Shown here one piece after another: positions 11,011 through 22,998 of a stretch of DNA of 64,000 bases (position 1 is the stretch's first letter; every line of letters begins with the position of its first letter). The stretch lies in contig JABTVA010000012.1 in NCBI GenBank assembly GCA_015075075.1, forward strand, positions 4,655 to 68,654, read 5' to 3'. Source of the stretch: Deltaproteobacteria bacterium. GTDB taxonomy: Bacteria > Desulfobacterota > GWC2-55-46. Both the position numbers and the translations under genes were made by a program. Below the pieces are notes generated by a model that ran no database searches, was not told the origin of the DNA, and was given only the letters and a program-made list of their open reading frames with translations.

Positions 11011-11788
11011 CTCTAAGTTCCCTCAGCTTCTTTCTGAAGTTCTCCTCCCTCATGAGCGCCTCTCCTATGAGGAAGGCCTCGACCCCGCATTCCCTCAGCC
11101 TCAGTATGTCCTCGTGCGTGTTTATTCCGCTCTCGCTTACGAGGACCCTGTCCTTCGGAACGTAAGGGGCGAGCCTTGCGGTCGTCTCAAGGTCGGTCTT
11201 GAATGTCTTCAGGTCCCTGTTGTTTACGCCTATTATCCTGGCGCCGACGTCCAAAGCCGTCTCAAGCTCTTTCTCGTCGTGCACCTCGACAAGGGCGGAC
11301 ATGCCGAGCGAATAGGTGAGTTCGAGGAGCTTTTTAAGCCCGTCCTTCGGGAGCGCCGCGACGATGAGGAGGAGCGCGTCGGCCCCGGATACCCTCGACT
11401 CATAGACCTGGTATTCGTCTATTATGAAGTCCTTACGGAGGAGCGGCAGCCTTATGTTGCCTCTCAGGGCCGTGAGGTACTCGAGCTTGCCCATGAAGAA
11501 CTTCTCGTCGGTAATGACCGAGATGGCCGCTGCGCCTCCCTCGATGTAGCCGCGGGCTATCTCGGCAGGCACGAAGTATTCCCGTATCATCCCCTTGGAG
11601 GGCGAGCCCCTCTTTATCTCGGCTATTATCCGTATGCGGTCAGCGCCGCCCCTGTAGGCGACGGCCCTCTCGAAGTCCTTGGGCTTCGGCACCTTGGGGA
11701 GCTTCTCCATTATGCCGTCAATGGGGAACTCGGCCCTGGCCTTCTCCAGCTCCAGTCTTTTATTTTGAAGTATGTCGTCGAGTATCAT
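10964..11788 (-). CDS. trpC: Indole-3-glycerol-phosphate synthase
   Basis: IIAEIKRGSPSKG, LRKDFI, GVNNRDL, VSESGI. Confidence 0.96.
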   Translation of the reverse strand: MILDDILQNKRLELEKARAEFPIDGIMEKLPKVPKPKDFERAVAYRGGADRIRIIAEIKRGSPSKGMIREYFVPAEIARGYIEGGAAAISVITDEKFFMGKLEYLTALRGNIRLPLLRKDFIIDEYQVYESRVSGADALLLIVAALPKDGLKKLLELTYSLGMSALVEVHDEKELETALDVGARIIGVNNRDLKTFKTDLETTARLAPYVPKDRVLVSESGINTHEDILRLRECGVEAFLIGEALMREENFRKKLRELRGVKEYTGKDMWNHKP

Positions 11789-12792
11789 CTGTTGGATATT
11801 TCCTTTAGCCTTTCGAGCTTCTCGATGGCCTTGCCCGAATCTATGGCGCCCCTTGCGGCGGCAACGCCCTCTTTAAAGCCCGGTACCGAGCCTGCCGCGG
11901 TTATCGCGGCGGCCGCGTTCAGTATTACGATGTCCCTGGCCGGGCCTTTTCCTCCCCGGAGGACGTTGAGTATTATGTCGGCGTTCTCGTCCGGCCCGCC
12001 GCCCAGCAAGTCCCCGGGCGCGCACCTCTCGAAGCCCAGGTCCTCGGGCTTGAGGTGATAGGTACGGATGGAGCCGTCCTTAAGCTCCGTTATCTTCGTC
12101 TCAGCGGCAAGCGTTATCTCGTCCAGGCCGTCCTCGCCACGGACGATGAAGGCGCGGATTGAGCCCAGCCTGAAGAGCACCTTTGCGAGCGTGTCCGTAA
12201 GCGCCGGGTCGTAGACCCCGATTACCTGCCTTTTGGAGCCAGCCGGGTTGGTGAGGGGGCCGAGTATGTTGAATACGCTCCTTATGCCTATCTCCCTCCT
12301 TACCGGGGCCGCGTACTTCATGGCGCCGTGGAGCATGGGCGCGAATAGGAAGCCTATCCCGGCCTCCCGTATGCACTCCTCGACCCTCGCGCACTCGGCC
12401 TCTATGTTTACGCCGAGGGCGCGTAAGGCGTCTGCGCTGCCGCACCTGGACGATACGGAGCGGTTCCCGTGCTTGGCTATGGTCACGCCCGCCGCGGACG
12501 CTACAAGAGCGGCCGCCGTAGATATATTGAAGGTCATGGAGTCGTCCCCGCCCGTGCCGCAGGTATCGACCGCGTCCTCGGGCGCGTCAATCCTCGTAGC
12601 CTTCTCGCGCATGACCCTGGCAGCGCCGGTTATCTCCTCGACGGTTTCGCCCTTCATCCGGAGCGCCGTAAGAAATGCCCCTATCTGGGCGGGGCTCGCC
12701 CCTCCGGTCATGACCTCGTCCATGACCCCGGTCATCTCGGACTCGCTCAGGTCCGTTCCCTTTATGACCTTTCCGAGGGCTTCTTTGATCAT
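11785..12792 (-). CDS. trpD: Anthranilate phosphoribosyltransferase
   Basis: DTCGTGGD, FNISTA, KHGNRSVSS, FNILGPLTNP. Confidence 0.97.
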   Translation of the reverse strand: MIKEALGKVIKGTDLSESEMTGVMDEVMTGGASPAQIGAFLTALRMKGETVEEITGAARVMREKATRIDAPEDAVDTCGTGGDDSMTFNISTAAALVASAAGVTIAKHGNRSVSSRCGSADALRALGVNIEAECARVEECIREAGIGFLFAPMLHGAMKYAAPVRREIGIRSVFNILGPLTNPAGSKRQVIGVYDPALTDTLAKVLFRLGSIRAFIVRGEDGLDEITLAAETKITELKDGSIRTYHLKPEDLGFERCAPGDLLGGGPDENADIILNVLRGGKGPARDIVILNAAAAITAAGSVPGFKEGVAAARGAIDSGKAIEKLERLKEISNR

Positions 12793-13380
12793 TTATTCCC
12801 CCGCCTCCCGGGCCCGGTATGTCCTTAGGAAGTTCCTCAAAATGTCCTTCCCGGCCTTCGTGAGTATCGACTCCGGATGGAACTGGACGCCCTCTATCGG
12901 AAGCTCTTTGTGACGGAGGCCCATTATCTCGTCCATCTCGGTCCAGGCGCTTATTTCGAGGCACTCCGGCAGGCTTTCCTTCCTTACGATGAGAGAGTGA
13001 TAGCGGTTCGCCTCGAACGGGTTCGGGATACCCTCGAATACGGTCTTCCCGTCGTGGTATATCATCGAGGTCTTGCCGTGCATGAGGCGCGGGGCCTTAA
13101 CGATATCCCCGCCAAAGGCGTAGCCTATGGCCTGATGGCCGAGGCATACCCCGAGTATGGGTATCTTCCCCGCGAATGCCTTTATGGCCTCCACCGAAAT
13201 GCCTGCCCTGGGCGGGTCGCACGGCCCCGGAGAGACGACTATGGCGCCGGGCGCGAGCCTTTCGATGTCCGCGACCTTTATGGCGTCGTTCCTTCTTACC
13301 AGGACGTCCTCGCCGAGCTCCATGAAGTACTGGACCAGGTTGAAGGTGAAGGAATCGTAGTTGTCTATCATGAGTATCAT
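12793..13380 (-). CDS. trpG: Anthranilate synthase component II (glutamine amidotransferase)
   Basis: [30 protein letters not shown]. Confidence 0.95.
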   Translation of the reverse strand: MILMIDNYDSFTFNLVQYFMELGEDVLVRRNDAIKVADIERLAPGAIVVSPGPCDPPRAGISVEAIKAFAGKIPILGVCLGHQAIGYAFGGDIVKAPRLMHGKTSMIYHDGKTVFEGIPNPFEANRYHSLIVRKESLPECLEISAWTEMDEIMGLRHKELPIEGVQFHPESILTKAGKDILRNFLRTYRAREAGE

Positions 13381-13382
13381 AT

Positions 13383-14894
13383 TCAGAAAAGCCCTTCCAT
13401 GGCCATCTCGACGGCCTTGAGCATGCCTTTTGCCTTGTTCTCGGTCTCCTCGAACTCCTTTTCGGGGACCGAGTCCGCGACCACGCCCGCCCCGGCCTGC
13501 ATGTGTATGCGGCCGCCTGATATGACGAGCGTCCGTATGGCTATGCACATGTCCATGTTTCCGGAGAAGCCGAAGTACCCCACGCAGCCGCCGTAGACCT
13601 CCCTCTTCGAGGGCTCGAGCTCCTCTATTATCTCCATGGCCCGCACCTTGGGCGCGCCGGTGAGGGTGCCAGCGGGGAAGCAGGCCTTTAGCGCGTCGAA
13701 GGAGTCCATGCCCTTTAATAGCTCGCCCTTTACGTTGGAGACGATGTGCATGACATGCGAGTACCTCTCGATCGCCATCAGCTCGTCCACCTCGACGGTC
13801 CCGGCCCTTGCGACCCTGCCCACGTCGTTTCTCCCGAGGTCAACCAGCATGATGTGCTCGGATAATTCCTTGGGGTCAGAAAGGAGGTCCTTTTCGAGCG
13901 ATACGTCCTCTTCCTCGTCCCTGCCGCGTTTCCGCGTGCCTGCTATGGGCTTTACGTTCACGCTCCCGTTGTCGACCCTGACGAGTATCTCAGGAGAGGA
14001 GCCGACGAGGGTGGCGCCCCCGAGCCTCAGGAAGAACATGTAGGGGGAGGGGTTTATGACCCTCAACGCGCGGTATATCTCGAACGGGTCGCAAGCGAGC
14101 GGGGCGGAGAACCTCTGCGATATGACAGCCTGGAATATGTCGCCCTCGACTATGTACTCCTTTATGCGCTCGACCGCCCGGAGAAAGTCCTCCCTCTTGA
14201 AGTTCGAGGCGGTCTCAAGCCTGTGCCCCTCGTTCGATAGCGCGTCGGCCTCTCTTATCGAAGACGTCCCCGGCACCGGCCCCCTCATCTTCTGGACCAG
14301 GGCGTCTATCTTCCGGACGCAGCCTTTATAGGCCTCGTCAGGGTCGTCTCCGTCGTTCATGTACGCGTTCGAGACTATCTTAATCCTGTGCTCGACGTTG
14401 TCGAAGACGAGGAAGGTGTCGGTGAACATGAGGTATATGTCGTCGAGGCCGAGCTCCTTGGGAGTCAAATCCGGGAGGTTCTCTATGTGGCGGACTATGT
14501 CGTAGCCCATGTAGCCGATAGCCCCGCCCGAGAACCTGGGCGCGCCCTCGACCTCAGCCGGGTCGTACGCGGACATCATCTCCCGTATGATGTCTAGCGG
14601 GTTGCCTTCAAAGACCTTTGCCTTCCCGTCCTCTATCACTTCCAGCCTCCTGCCCGAGCCCCTTACGACCTTCCTGGGCAAGTTGCCGAGGATGCTGTAC
14701 CTCCCCCATTTCTCGCCGCCTTCGACGCTTTCGAGGAGGAACGCGTCGCCGCCCCCGTCGATCTTCATGAAAGCGGAGACCTTCGTGTCGGTATCCGCGA
14801 GGATCTCCCTAACGACGGGCACAATGTTGAGCGTTTTTGATAATTCCTTGAATACTTCGGGGGAAGGGCAGTGGATGGGCCTTCTCATAAGCAA
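13383..14894 (-). CDS. trpE: Anthranilate synthase component I
   Basis: [34 protein letters not shown]. Confidence 0.96.
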   Translation of the reverse strand: MLMRRPIHCPSPEVFKELSKTLNIVPVVREILADTDTKVSAFMKIDGGGDAFLLESVEGGEKWGRYSILGNLPRKVVRGSGRRLEVIEDGKAKVFEGNPLDIIREMMSAYDPAEVEGAPRFSGGAIGYMGYDIVRHIENLPDLTPKELGLDDIYLMFTDTFLVFDNVEHRIKIVSNAYMNDGDDPDEAYKGCVRKIDALVQKMRGPVPGTSSIREADALSNEGHRLETASNFKREDFLRAVERIKEYIVEGDIFQAVISQRFSAPLACDPFEIYRALRVINPSPYMFFLRLGGATLVGSSPEILVRVDNGSVNVKPIAGTRKRGRDEEEDVSLEKDLLSDPKELSEHIMLVDLGRNDVGRVARAGTVEVDELMAIERYSHVMHIVSNVKGELLKGMDSFDALKACFPAGTLTGAPKVRAMEIIEELEPSKREVYGGCVGYFGFSGNMDMCIAIRTLVISGGRIHMQAGAGVVADSVPEKEFEETENKAKGMLKAVEMAMEGLF

Positions 14895-15169
14895 CCTACA
14901 ATATCATAGCAGATGTAGTATAGTCAATCATTTCACCCGGCATCCGGGCCCCCTCGACAGCCGTAAGGATACCATATTGCAAGGTTTTTTTGCTCTTTTT
15001 TTGTTGATAGGACCAAATGCCTGTGCAGATGTGCTGCCGACAGCTCCAATAAAAGCGACCAGGCGCGATTGCCAGTCCGGCGAGGACCTTTTTTGGCCCT
15101 TGACAGCTCTCTGGGCTTTTTCGTACAATCGCGCAATCCGGCATTGAAGGGAGTCGTTTAAGACTGGGG

Positions 15170-15445
15170 ATGAGAAGAGTTCTTTACCTGGGGACCGCGC
15201 AGGCGGCATTGTTTATAATTTCGGGCTGCGGGCAGGCCGTAAAGAAGGAGAACGAGAGCCTCAAGGCCCGCATCTCGGCCCTCGACGGGGAAAAGGGCGC
15301 GCTTCAGGCCGAGGTCGCCTACCTCCAGAAGGAGCTCGGGGACATGAAGTCGAGGGTCACGGCCCTTACGGCCGAGCTTGACGCGAGAAGGATGGAAATA
15401 GAGGTTCTGAGGTCGAGGCCGGCACCGAAAAAATCCAGGAGATAA
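15170..15445 (+). CDS. Small coiled-coil lipoprotein, unknown function
   Basis: Lipobox-like ISGC followed by heptad coiled coil. Confidence 0.6.
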   Translation: MRRVLYLGTAQAALFIISGCGQAVKKENESLKARISALDGEKGALQAEVAYLQKELGDMKSRVTALTAELDARRMEIEVLRSRPAPKKSRR

Positions 15446-15473
15446 ATGGCATTCAGCCGGACCATCCTGCTAA

Positions 15474-15627
15474 CAAGGCTGCTGAAAAAGCCCAATCTGC
15501 GGCGTCGTCTTCAAAATTCGTCACTGCGGCGTACTAAGGAGAGTACGCCTCATTCCTCATTTTTCGACTCCTTGCATCTTGAGCTTTTTGAGCAGCCTGA
15601 ATGTGATTTTGAGTTTTTTAGCAACCG
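15474..15627 (+). mobile_element. Family B MITE (IS5-like ends), copy 1
   Basis: GGCTGCTGAAAAA..TTTTTAGCAACC ends, CTAA direct repeat both sides, internal GGCGTAC..GTACGCC hairpin. Confidence 0.8.
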
Positions 15628-15882
15628 CTAAAGTAACACTGCCATCGTCCGATATGATGGAACGCAGCCTGACGGCGGGCACGCGCCCCGGGACCAGCCC
15701 GGGATAACCTCATGACGGGGACAGTCCCATTTCAATAGCATTCCGCGTCCTGAAATCTTATAATACCCTCAAACGCGCGAGCCGCTTTTCCTTGCGGAGA
15801 ACGCCCCTTCATCCATTTCGCCGTACCGCGCTTCTACTGACCTTTCTTCCGGCTTGCGCCGAGACATTCCAGGGGTAATGCG

Positions 15883-18075
15883 ATGTTCCGGCAGGGCTTG
15901 AAATCCAAGATACTGACCCTTACCATCGGGCTCACCCTTATCGGCTTCGGGGCGCTCATCTATCTCGTCATAAACGAGGAGGAGAAGAGCCTCCTGAGAG
16001 AGCGCTTCAACGCGAGCGAACTCATGGCCCAGCCCATACTCCACACGATTTACAAGGACATGCTCGATGAGCGCGCGGACATGCCGCGCTTCCTCATAGA
16101 GGGACTTAAGACCATCAAGGGCGTTGAGCGGGTACAGCTCATAAGGTCGAACGGCGTAGAGGAGGCCTTCCAGGACTTCAAGACCCTCGAGGCGGTAAAG
16201 GCCGAGTTCGGGGAGATAAAGCCGGAATGGCTCGTCGACCACCCCAACAAGCTCAATAACGTCGCCAAGGGCATAAGCAACCCCGATTTCAAGGAGGTCC
16301 TCCAGGCCTTCAACGAGGGGCAGAAGGAGGCGGCCTGGTACATCGAGAGCGAGGGGGACAGGAGCCTTTTCACGTATCTCCGCCCGATAGAGTACAGGCC
16401 CAAATGCTCGTCCTGCCACGAGCACGAGGAGGCGGCGAGGGGCGTACTCATGATAACCACCTCGCTCGATGAGATGTACGGCATCCTCGAGGGGGCGAGG
16501 AACAAGTGGATATTCTACGGCCTCCTGACCATGAGCGCGATCGCAGTGACGCTCAGCTTCCTCGTGTCCGGGGTCATAACCCGCCCCATAGACCGGGCGG
16601 TCGTCATGCTAAAGGCCATTGCCGAGGGCAAGGGCGACCTTACGAAGAGGCTCGAGATAAGCTCGAACGACGAGATAGGGCTCTTGGGCAGGTGGTTCAA
16701 CAAGTTCGTCGAGGGCATGCAGGTAATGGTCAGCGACATCTTCGGCATCTCCAGGGAGGTCTCAGCCGCATCACGGCAGATAGGTGCGTCCTCCGAGAAG
16801 ATAATAGACGCGGCCAAAAAACAGCTGCAGGCCGCCGAGGACACCTCCGCCTCCATACAGGAGATGGACGCGTCGATAAAGACCGTCGCGGAGGAGGCCG
16901 AGGCCTTGAGGAGCTCATCGAGCGAGGTCTCGGAGTCGGTCCGCACCATGTCCGGCTCGGTCGAGGACGTGAAGGTCAACATAGAGAAGCTTTTCATATC
17001 CGGCTCGTCCACCACGTCGTCGATAAACGAGATCGCGGTCTCCATAAACCAGGTCGCCTCCCACGTGGACGAGCTCTTCAAGAACACGGAGGACGTCGTC
17101 TCCTCCATCACCGACATAGGAGAGAACGTCAAGGAGGTCGAGGCGTACTCGAGGAGCCAGGCCGAGCTCGCGGAGAGGGTCAGGGTGGACGCCGAGGACC
17201 TCGGCATGGCGTCGGTCGTGAAGACACGGGAGGGCATAGAGAAGGTGAGCGAGGAGGTGGCCTCCACGGCCCTCGTCGTGAACCGCCTCGGCGAGAGGTC
17301 CAAGGAGATAGGGAAGATACTTACCGTCATAAACGACATAGCTGACACGACCCACCTCCTTGCGCTGAACGCCACGATACTCGCGGCCCAGGCCGGGGAG
17401 CACGGCAAGGGGTTCGCGGTCGTCGCCCGCCAGGTAAAGGAGCTCGCCACCAAGACGACCTCCTCCACCAAGGAGATAGCGGGCCTTATTACACAGGTCC
17501 AGAGCGAGGTCTCGGTGGCGGTCGAGTCCATGAGGAGGAGCTCGGAGAAGGTCGAGGACGGGGTGCTCCTTTCGAGGAACGCGCAGGAGGCGCTCATAAA
17601 GATACTCGATTCGTCGCGGAGGTCCTTCGAGATGGCCAAGCTCATCGAGAAGGCCACCATAGAGCAGACCAGGGGCACGGGCCAGATCGCGAGCGCCGTG
17701 CAGGTGATGAGCCACATGGTCGGCGACATAAAGAACGCGGCGGGAGAGCAGTCCCACGCGGCAAAGGAGATCTTGAAGGACACCGCCCAGATGCGCGAGT
17801 TCATGGAGAAGGTCAAGTCCTCGACGATGGAGCAGGCCAGGGAGACGAGGAGGGTCGCGGAGGCGATATTCAGGGTTTTGGAGAAGATATCGAAGGTGGC
17901 CGACGCCACCTCCGAGCAGATGGTCTTCTCGAAAAGGATAGTGAACGCGGTCGATACCATCAAAAAGACCGCGGAGGACAACGCGACCCTGGCTGCAAGG
18001 CTCGAGAGGACCGTCGAGGAGATGAACAGGGAGGCTGACGCGTTGAAGAGCACGGTTGCGAACTTCAAGGCGTAG
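15883..18075 (+). CDS. Methyl-accepting chemotaxis protein with periplasmic heme c sensor domain
   Basis: TM - periplasmic CSSCH - TM - HAMP - signalling tip [24 protein letters not shown]. Confidence 0.92.
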   Translation: MFRQGLKSKILTLTIGLTLIGFGALIYLVINEEEKSLLRERFNASELMAQPILHTIYKDMLDERADMPRFLIEGLKTIKGVERVQLIRSNGVEEAFQDFKTLEAVKAEFGEIKPEWLVDHPNKLNNVAKGISNPDFKEVLQAFNEGQKEAAWYIESEGDRSLFTYLRPIEYRPKCSSCHEHEEAARGVLMITTSLDEMYGILEGARNKWIFYGLLTMSAIAVTLSFLVSGVITRPIDRAVVMLKAIAEGKGDLTKRLEISSNDEIGLLGRWFNKFVEGMQVMVSDIFGISREVSAASRQIGASSEKIIDAAKKQLQAAEDTSASIQEMDASIKTVAEEAEALRSSSSEVSESVRTMSGSVEDVKVNIEKLFISGSSTTSSINEIAVSINQVASHVDELFKNTEDVVSSITDIGENVKEVEAYSRSQAELAERVRVDAEDLGMASVVKTREGIEKVSEEVASTALVVNRLGERSKEIGKILTVINDIADTTHLLALNATILAAQAGEHGKGFAVVARQVKELATKTTSSTKEIAGLITQVQSEVSVAVESMRRSSEKVEDGVLLSRNAQEALIKILDSSRRSFEMAKLIEKATIEQTRGTGQIASAVQVMSHMVGDIKNAAGEQSHAAKEILKDTAQMREFMEKVKSSTMEQARETRRVAEAIFRVLEKISKVADATSEQMVFSKRIVNAVDTIKKTAEDNATLAARLERTVEEMNREADALKSTVANFKA

Positions 18076-18091
18076 CAGAAAGGACGCTTTT

Positions 18092-19078
18092 ATGCGTGCC
18101 AGGATCATCCTTTTGGCGCTGTTTCTTTCCGGAGCCGTGATTGCCGCCCCGTCTGAGGCCGCGGACATAGACTGGCAAAGGGTCAAGCCCTCCAGGATCG
18201 CCCTTTTCTACCCGGGTGTCGTCTCCTGGGAATTCCTCGTGAGCGAGGACCACAGGCTCGGCGCAAGGATGATAAAGTCCGGCAGGAAGGACTGCAGGAA
18301 CTGCCATCTCGCAAAGGACGGCGCGCTCGACATAAAGGCCGACGAGATAGCCTCCGGCTCGCTCAAGATGAAGAGGTCTTTGAAGCCTTTCGAGCCCGAG
18401 CCGGGCGCCGGCAGGAAGGGGTCCATCTCGGCAGAGGTCCAGGCCGCGTACGACAGCGGGCACCTTTACCTCAGGTTCAGGTGGAGCTCAAGCGGGGCCG
18501 GATGGGCCCAATCGGCAAAGACCCCTGACAGGATATCCATACAGGCGAACAAGTCTGACCAGCTCTTTAAAGCCAGCGGCTGCTTCATAACATGCCATAA
18601 CGACCTTTCAACCATGCCCCATGCCCCTTCCAAAAAGGAGATAGGCGAGCATCCGGCCTACAGGGGCAAGGACGAGGTGAGCCTCTACTCCGTCCACGCG
18701 AAGTCGTCATGGGACAAAAGGAAAGCCGATGCAGAGGCCCAAAAGGCCGTGGGGCTCATAGACATCAAATCGGTCGAGCTGGGGAAGGGTCTTGCCAGGG
18801 CCGCCGACGGATGGATATATGACGAGAAGGCATGGGAGGAGAGGCCCGGTTTCGAAGGCTCGGGAGACTGGTCGGAAGGCGCGTACACGGCGGTTTTCAA
18901 GAAACCGATAGGGCGGGCCGGCAAATACGACGTGGCGATCTCCGAAGGAGATGTCTTTACAATCGCCATCGCCATCCACGAGGACGGGGCAAGGGAGAGG
19001 AGGCATTACGTCTCCCTGCCGGTTTCGATAGGCCTCGGCCCCGGGGGCGACATACAGGCAATAAGGCTCAAGGACTGA
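18092..19078 (+). CDS. Periplasmic c-type cytochrome with EB_dh/DOMON-like heme domain
   Basis: Signal peptide, CRNCH and CFITCH, VQAAYD..LYLRFRW, IAIHED...HYVS. Confidence 0.7.
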   Translation: MRARIILLALFLSGAVIAAPSEAADIDWQRVKPSRIALFYPGVVSWEFLVSEDHRLGARMIKSGRKDCRNCHLAKDGALDIKADEIASGSLKMKRSLKPFEPEPGAGRKGSISAEVQAAYDSGHLYLRFRWSSSGAGWAQSAKTPDRISIQANKSDQLFKASGCFITCHNDLSTMPHAPSKKEIGEHPAYRGKDEVSLYSVHAKSSWDKRKADAEAQKAVGLIDIKSVELGKGLARAADGWIYDEKAWEERPGFEGSGDWSEGAYTAVFKKPIGRAGKYDVAISEGDVFTIAIAIHEDGARERRHYVSLPVSIGLGPGGDIQAIRLKD

Positions 19079-19148
19079 AGAAAAAGGCCGGACGCAAATC
19101 ACATACTTCCTGGCCTTGAATAAGTTAATCTGTTAGACTCAGAGGCAT

Positions 19149-19733
19149 ATGGGCGATAGAGAGGACATAGAGATACTGGACGGTAAGATCATCCGGCTCA
19201 AGGTCGAGTACGAGCAGTACTTTGCCAGGGTATTGAAGCGCGAACCGTCCAAGCTCAGGAACGATATTGAAAAAACGATACTCTCCCTGAACGGAAAGAC
19301 CATAAACAATACCTCGACGAAGTTCAAGCTCAACTCCATAGTCGCCAGGTACAATTCATACAAGCAGCACTGGGACAGGGTGCTCCGCGCAATCGAGGAG
19401 GGGACTTACGTCAGGAAGGCCGAGGGCGCGCCGGGGGCTGCCTCCGAGGCGGCGGCCCGGCCCGCCCCGGCCAGCCAGCCGGTGCAGGCTCAAAAGGGCG
19501 GCGCAAAAGGCCCCGCCCCCGCGGACGGCGGCTTCGAGGACATATACAAGAGGTACATAGATGCGCGTAAGGAGTGCCGCGAGCCGGTTGAGGGCATAAC
19601 CGTCGAGAGCCTGAAAAAGACCATAGAGCAGTACAAGAAGAAGGTTGAAGAGCAGTACAAGACGAGCAATGTGGACGTCAGGGTATATGTGAAGGACGGG
19701 AAGGCGAAGCTTACGATCGTTCCGAAGAAGTGA
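19149..19733 (+). CDS. MXAN_5187 C-terminal-like domain protein
   Basis: LKVEYEQYF..KREP, ARYNSYKQHWDR.LR.IEEG, V.VKDGKAKL. Confidence 0.65.
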   Translation: MGDREDIEILDGKIIRLKVEYEQYFARVLKREPSKLRNDIEKTILSLNGKTINNTSTKFKLNSIVARYNSYKQHWDRVLRAIEEGTYVRKAEGAPGAASEAAARPAPASQPVQAQKGGAKGPAPADGGFEDIYKRYIDARKECREPVEGITVESLKKTIEQYKKKVEEQYKTSNVDVRVYVKDGKAKLTIVPKK

Positions 19734-19781
19734 GCGGGGGAAAGCGGCGGCTTTCCCACGCATAAAGTATCGGATGCTTCC

Positions 19782-19822
19782 AAATAGAATAAGGCGGGCT
19801 TTTGGCCCGCCTTATTCTATTT
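19782..19822. terminator. Probable bidirectional terminator between convergent genes
   Basis: Perfect 18-bp inverted repeat AAATAGAATAAGGCGGGC / GCCCGCCTTATTCTATTT. Confidence 0.8.
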
Positions 19823-19846
19823 CAATCTCATTTTTTTTCGGTATCC

Positions 19847-20259
19847 CTAAGCCCTGCCCCGTTCCTTTACCCTGAGCCTGGCTTGCGCGTAATCGAGCCT
19901 GTCCTGGGCCTGCGCATGGGCCGCGTCCTCCTGGCGAGCGGAACTGAGGGCCGCGGAAGCTCTTGGGCCTCCTTCCTTACAGCCTCAAGGTCTATCTCTG
20001 ATTCCCTCACGGCAGTGTCGACCAGTATGGTGGTCTTCCCGGGCAGCACCTCCGCGTAGCCCCTCCCCACGGCGAGCACGCCTGATTCCGCGCCCTTCCT
20101 GAACGCGACCTCGCCTGGCTTCAGGAGCGGAGGAACGGGTATGCCCCGCAGAGCACCCCGAACTCGCCTTCCTGTCCGGGGGCGGTCGCTTCCTCGACCT
20201 CCATTGAGAGGAGCCCTGGGTGTCACTATCTCGAGCAAAAGGTTGTTGTTGTCCGCCAT
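19847..20259 (-). CDS. atpC: F1Fo ATP synthase epsilon subunit (frameshifted)
   Basis: LLLEIVTP, AVGRGYAEV, TILVDTA; position after atpD. Confidence 0.85.
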
Positions 20260-20277
20260 TATCCTGTCTCGAGTTAG

Positions 20278-20410
20278 CAGGTTGCTGAAAAGCCCACTGC
20301 TGTGTCGTCTTCAAATTCGTCGCCGACGTATTACACGCCTCATTCCTCATTTTCGACTTTTGCATCTTGAGCTTTACAGCCTGCATGTAATTCTGAGTTC
20401 TTCAGAACCC
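20278..20410 (+). mobile_element. Family B MITE, copy 2 (between atpD and atpC)
   Basis: CAGGTTGCTGAAAA start, TTAG direct repeat flanks, same core as 15474. Confidence 0.75.
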
Positions 20411-20411
20411 T

Positions 20412-21819
20412 TAGACGCTCGTGCCCGTATCTTCTCGGCCTTCTCCAGCGCCTCTTCTATGGTGCCGACCATGTGAAGCCCTGCCTGGATGTCGTCGAGC
20501 TCGCTGTTGGCTATCATGTTGAAGCCCTTGATGATGTCATCTTCACGCTCACGTACTTGCCGGCGTTCCGGTGAACTGCTCGCCACGAAGAAGGGCTGCG
20601 AGAGGAACTCTCAACTTCTCGCGCGGCGACCACGAGCTTGTCCTCCTCCGAGAGCTCGTCCATGTACCGAGGATGGCGATGATGTCCTGGAGGTCCTTGT
20701 ACTTCCTGGAGGATGGCCTGCACCCGGCGAGCTGTCGAGAATGCTCGTCCCCGACTATCTGCGGGTCGAGGATCCTCGATGTGAGTCCAGCGGGTCCACG
20801 CCGGGTAGATGCCGAGCTCGCTATCTGCCTCGAAAGGACGGTCGTCACGTCAGGTGCGCGAAGGTCGTCGCAGGGGCCAGGTCGGTCAGGTCGTCCGCAG
20901 GCACGTATATGGCCTGCACCGAGGTGATGGAGCCGTTGAGCGTCGAGGTGATCCTCTCCTAGAGGCCGCCCACGCCGAAAGCGAGCGTCGGCTGGTATCC
21001 GACGGTTGAGGGTATGGCGGCGAGTAGCATGGAGACTCTGAGGTGGCCTGCATGAACCTGAATATGTTGTCTATGAAGAGGAGGACGTCCTGGTTCTCCT
21101 CGTCCCTGAAGTACTCGGCCATCGTGAGCGCCGTGAGCGCGACCCTTGCCTCGCTCCTGGGGCTCGTTCATCTGCCCGTAGACGAGGGCGGTCTTCCGAG
21201 AACGCCTGACTCCTTCATCTCCTCCCAGAGGTCGTTTCCTTCCCTGTCCTCGCCGACCCGCCGAAGACCGAGAAGCCGCCGTGCTGCATGCGACGTTGTT
21301 GATGAGCCCATTGCGAGGGGCTGTCTTTCCGACGCCCGCGCCGCCGAAAAGAGGCCGATCTTGCCGCCCTTGAGGTAGGTGAGGTCGACGACCTTGATGC
21401 CGGTCTCGAAGACTCCATCTTGGTCGACTGCTGCTCGAAGGTCAGGGCAGGGCAGTGTATGCCGTTTTTTTCTCGCTCGCTATGGGGCTGAGCTCGTCGA
21501 CCGGCTCGCTTATGAATGTTTATTATGCGCCTGAGGACGGCTTGCTGACAGGCACCGTGATGGCTGAGCTCGTGTCCCAGACCTCGGTGCCCTTACGAGG
21601 CTTCCGCTCGCGTCCATGGGCTATGCACTTTACGGTGTTCTCTCTCCGAGGTGCTGGGCGACTTCGGTAACGAGGTTCCATTCCTCGTTGCTTATGCCTC
21701 TTGTTAGTTACCCTCACGGCGTTATTGATGGCCGGGAGCCTGCCGGGCGGGAACTCGATATCGAGCACCGGGCCGATGACCTGCGTGATCCTGCCGATAT
21801 TCCTTTCCTTCCCTGACAC
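20412..21819 (-). CDS. atpD: F1Fo ATP synthase beta subunit (many frameshifts; start approximate)
   Basis: [68 protein letters not shown]. Confidence 0.92.
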
Positions 21820-21893
21820 CTCGGCTGTCAGGCCGGCTGCTGTTCTCTGGACTTCGGATATTCTCAGGAAGACCTCCTGCGCGGAATCTTTGA

Positions 21894-22025
21894 GGCAACC
21901 TCTAAAATGAATCTTTCCCCGGACTCTAGTTACAGGAACAAAATGCTCACATATTGTCATATACGCTCCGGCTTTTATTCCGGCCTTCCTTGATTGCGGG
22001 AAAATCTACAATTTTAGAGGTTGCC
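21894..22025 (+). mobile_element. Family A element, copy 3 (between atpG and atpD)
   Basis: TIR GGCAACCTCTAAAAT..ATTTTAGAGGTTGCC. Confidence 0.85.
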
Positions 22026-22129
22026 TTGGGTTGCTAGTAAAAGTTTGGGAACGGCCTTCCGGCCCTCTCCCGGTTACTGCCCCGCGTGAGTTCCGGGCTT
22101 AAGTCGTTGCCTCAGGCAGACCGCGGGCT

Positions 22130-22972
22130 TTAAGCGCCTGCGGCCTCGATTATCTCCATGAGCTCCTTGCGGATGGCGGCCTGGCGAGAGCCTGTTAACT
22201 ACACGAGCGTAAGGCCGTTATCATCTGCCCTGCGTTCTTCGGAGGCCGAGTCCATCGCCGTCATCCGAGCCCCGTGCTGCTGGCCGATTTTCCAGAAGGG
22301 CCCTGAAGGCCTGCACCTCTACGTACTTTGGAGGGCTCGCAAGCACCGCCTCTTCGCCGGGCTCTGTAGATGTACTGCCCTTGCCTTCGCCTTCCTTGTT
22401 CTCCTCGTTCTCCGTGCCGAGACGGGCAGGAGCTTTATCGTAAGCGGCTTCTGCGTGAGGCGGACTTGAACTCGCTGAATATCAGTGGACCTCGTCGGTC
22501 TCGCCCCTTCAGGTACGAGCCCACGAGGTCGCGGTTATCTCGACTGCGGTGCTGTAAGCCGGCCTTGTTGCTCCCCACGGGCCTCGCGTTGAGGACCGTG
22601 ATGTTGCGTCTCTTGGAAATCTCGCCCCGCGCTTGCCGACGAGATAAAGGCTTGCGCCTGACGAGCCGCGCCGCGGAGGAACCCTTCCGCTGTCCGGAGG
22701 AGCTGCGAGTTGAAGCTTCCGCAAGGCCCCTGTCCGAGGTGAAGAGCGCGAGGGTTATCTTCTTTACCCTGTTCAAGGAGGTGGCTGTCGAGGAGGCCTT
22801 GGATGCGAGCGAGCCTACGAGCTCGAGCATCTTCTCGGCATAGGGCCGGGCCGCGACTATCTCGTCCTGGGCCTTCTTGAGCTTCGCGGCGGAGACCATC
22901 TTCATGGCCTTGCATCTGCCGCGTGTTCTTGACCGACTTTATTCTTCTTTTTATGTCCTTGCAAGGCTGCAT
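22130..22972 (-). CDS. atpG: F1Fo ATP synthase gamma subunit (many frameshifts)
   Basis: DIKRRIKSVKNT, MKMVSAAKL, ARPYA, TSDRGL. Confidence 0.88.
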
Positions 22973-22998
22973 CTATGGGATCACCTATGGCTTTTTAA

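Noticed and set aside
14895-15169. trp attenuator or T-box upstream of trpE
   Set aside because: No leader peptide with tandem Trp codons and no T-box motif found
15446-15631. Small ORFs over MITEs (also 22923-23108, 35246-35602, 41543-42028)
   Set aside because: They coincide with repeat elements and show no protein-family signal
15632-15882. c-di-GMP or cGAMP riboswitch upstream of the MCP
   Set aside because: Hairpins are present but the GCAAA..GNRA..GCAAAG consensus is not
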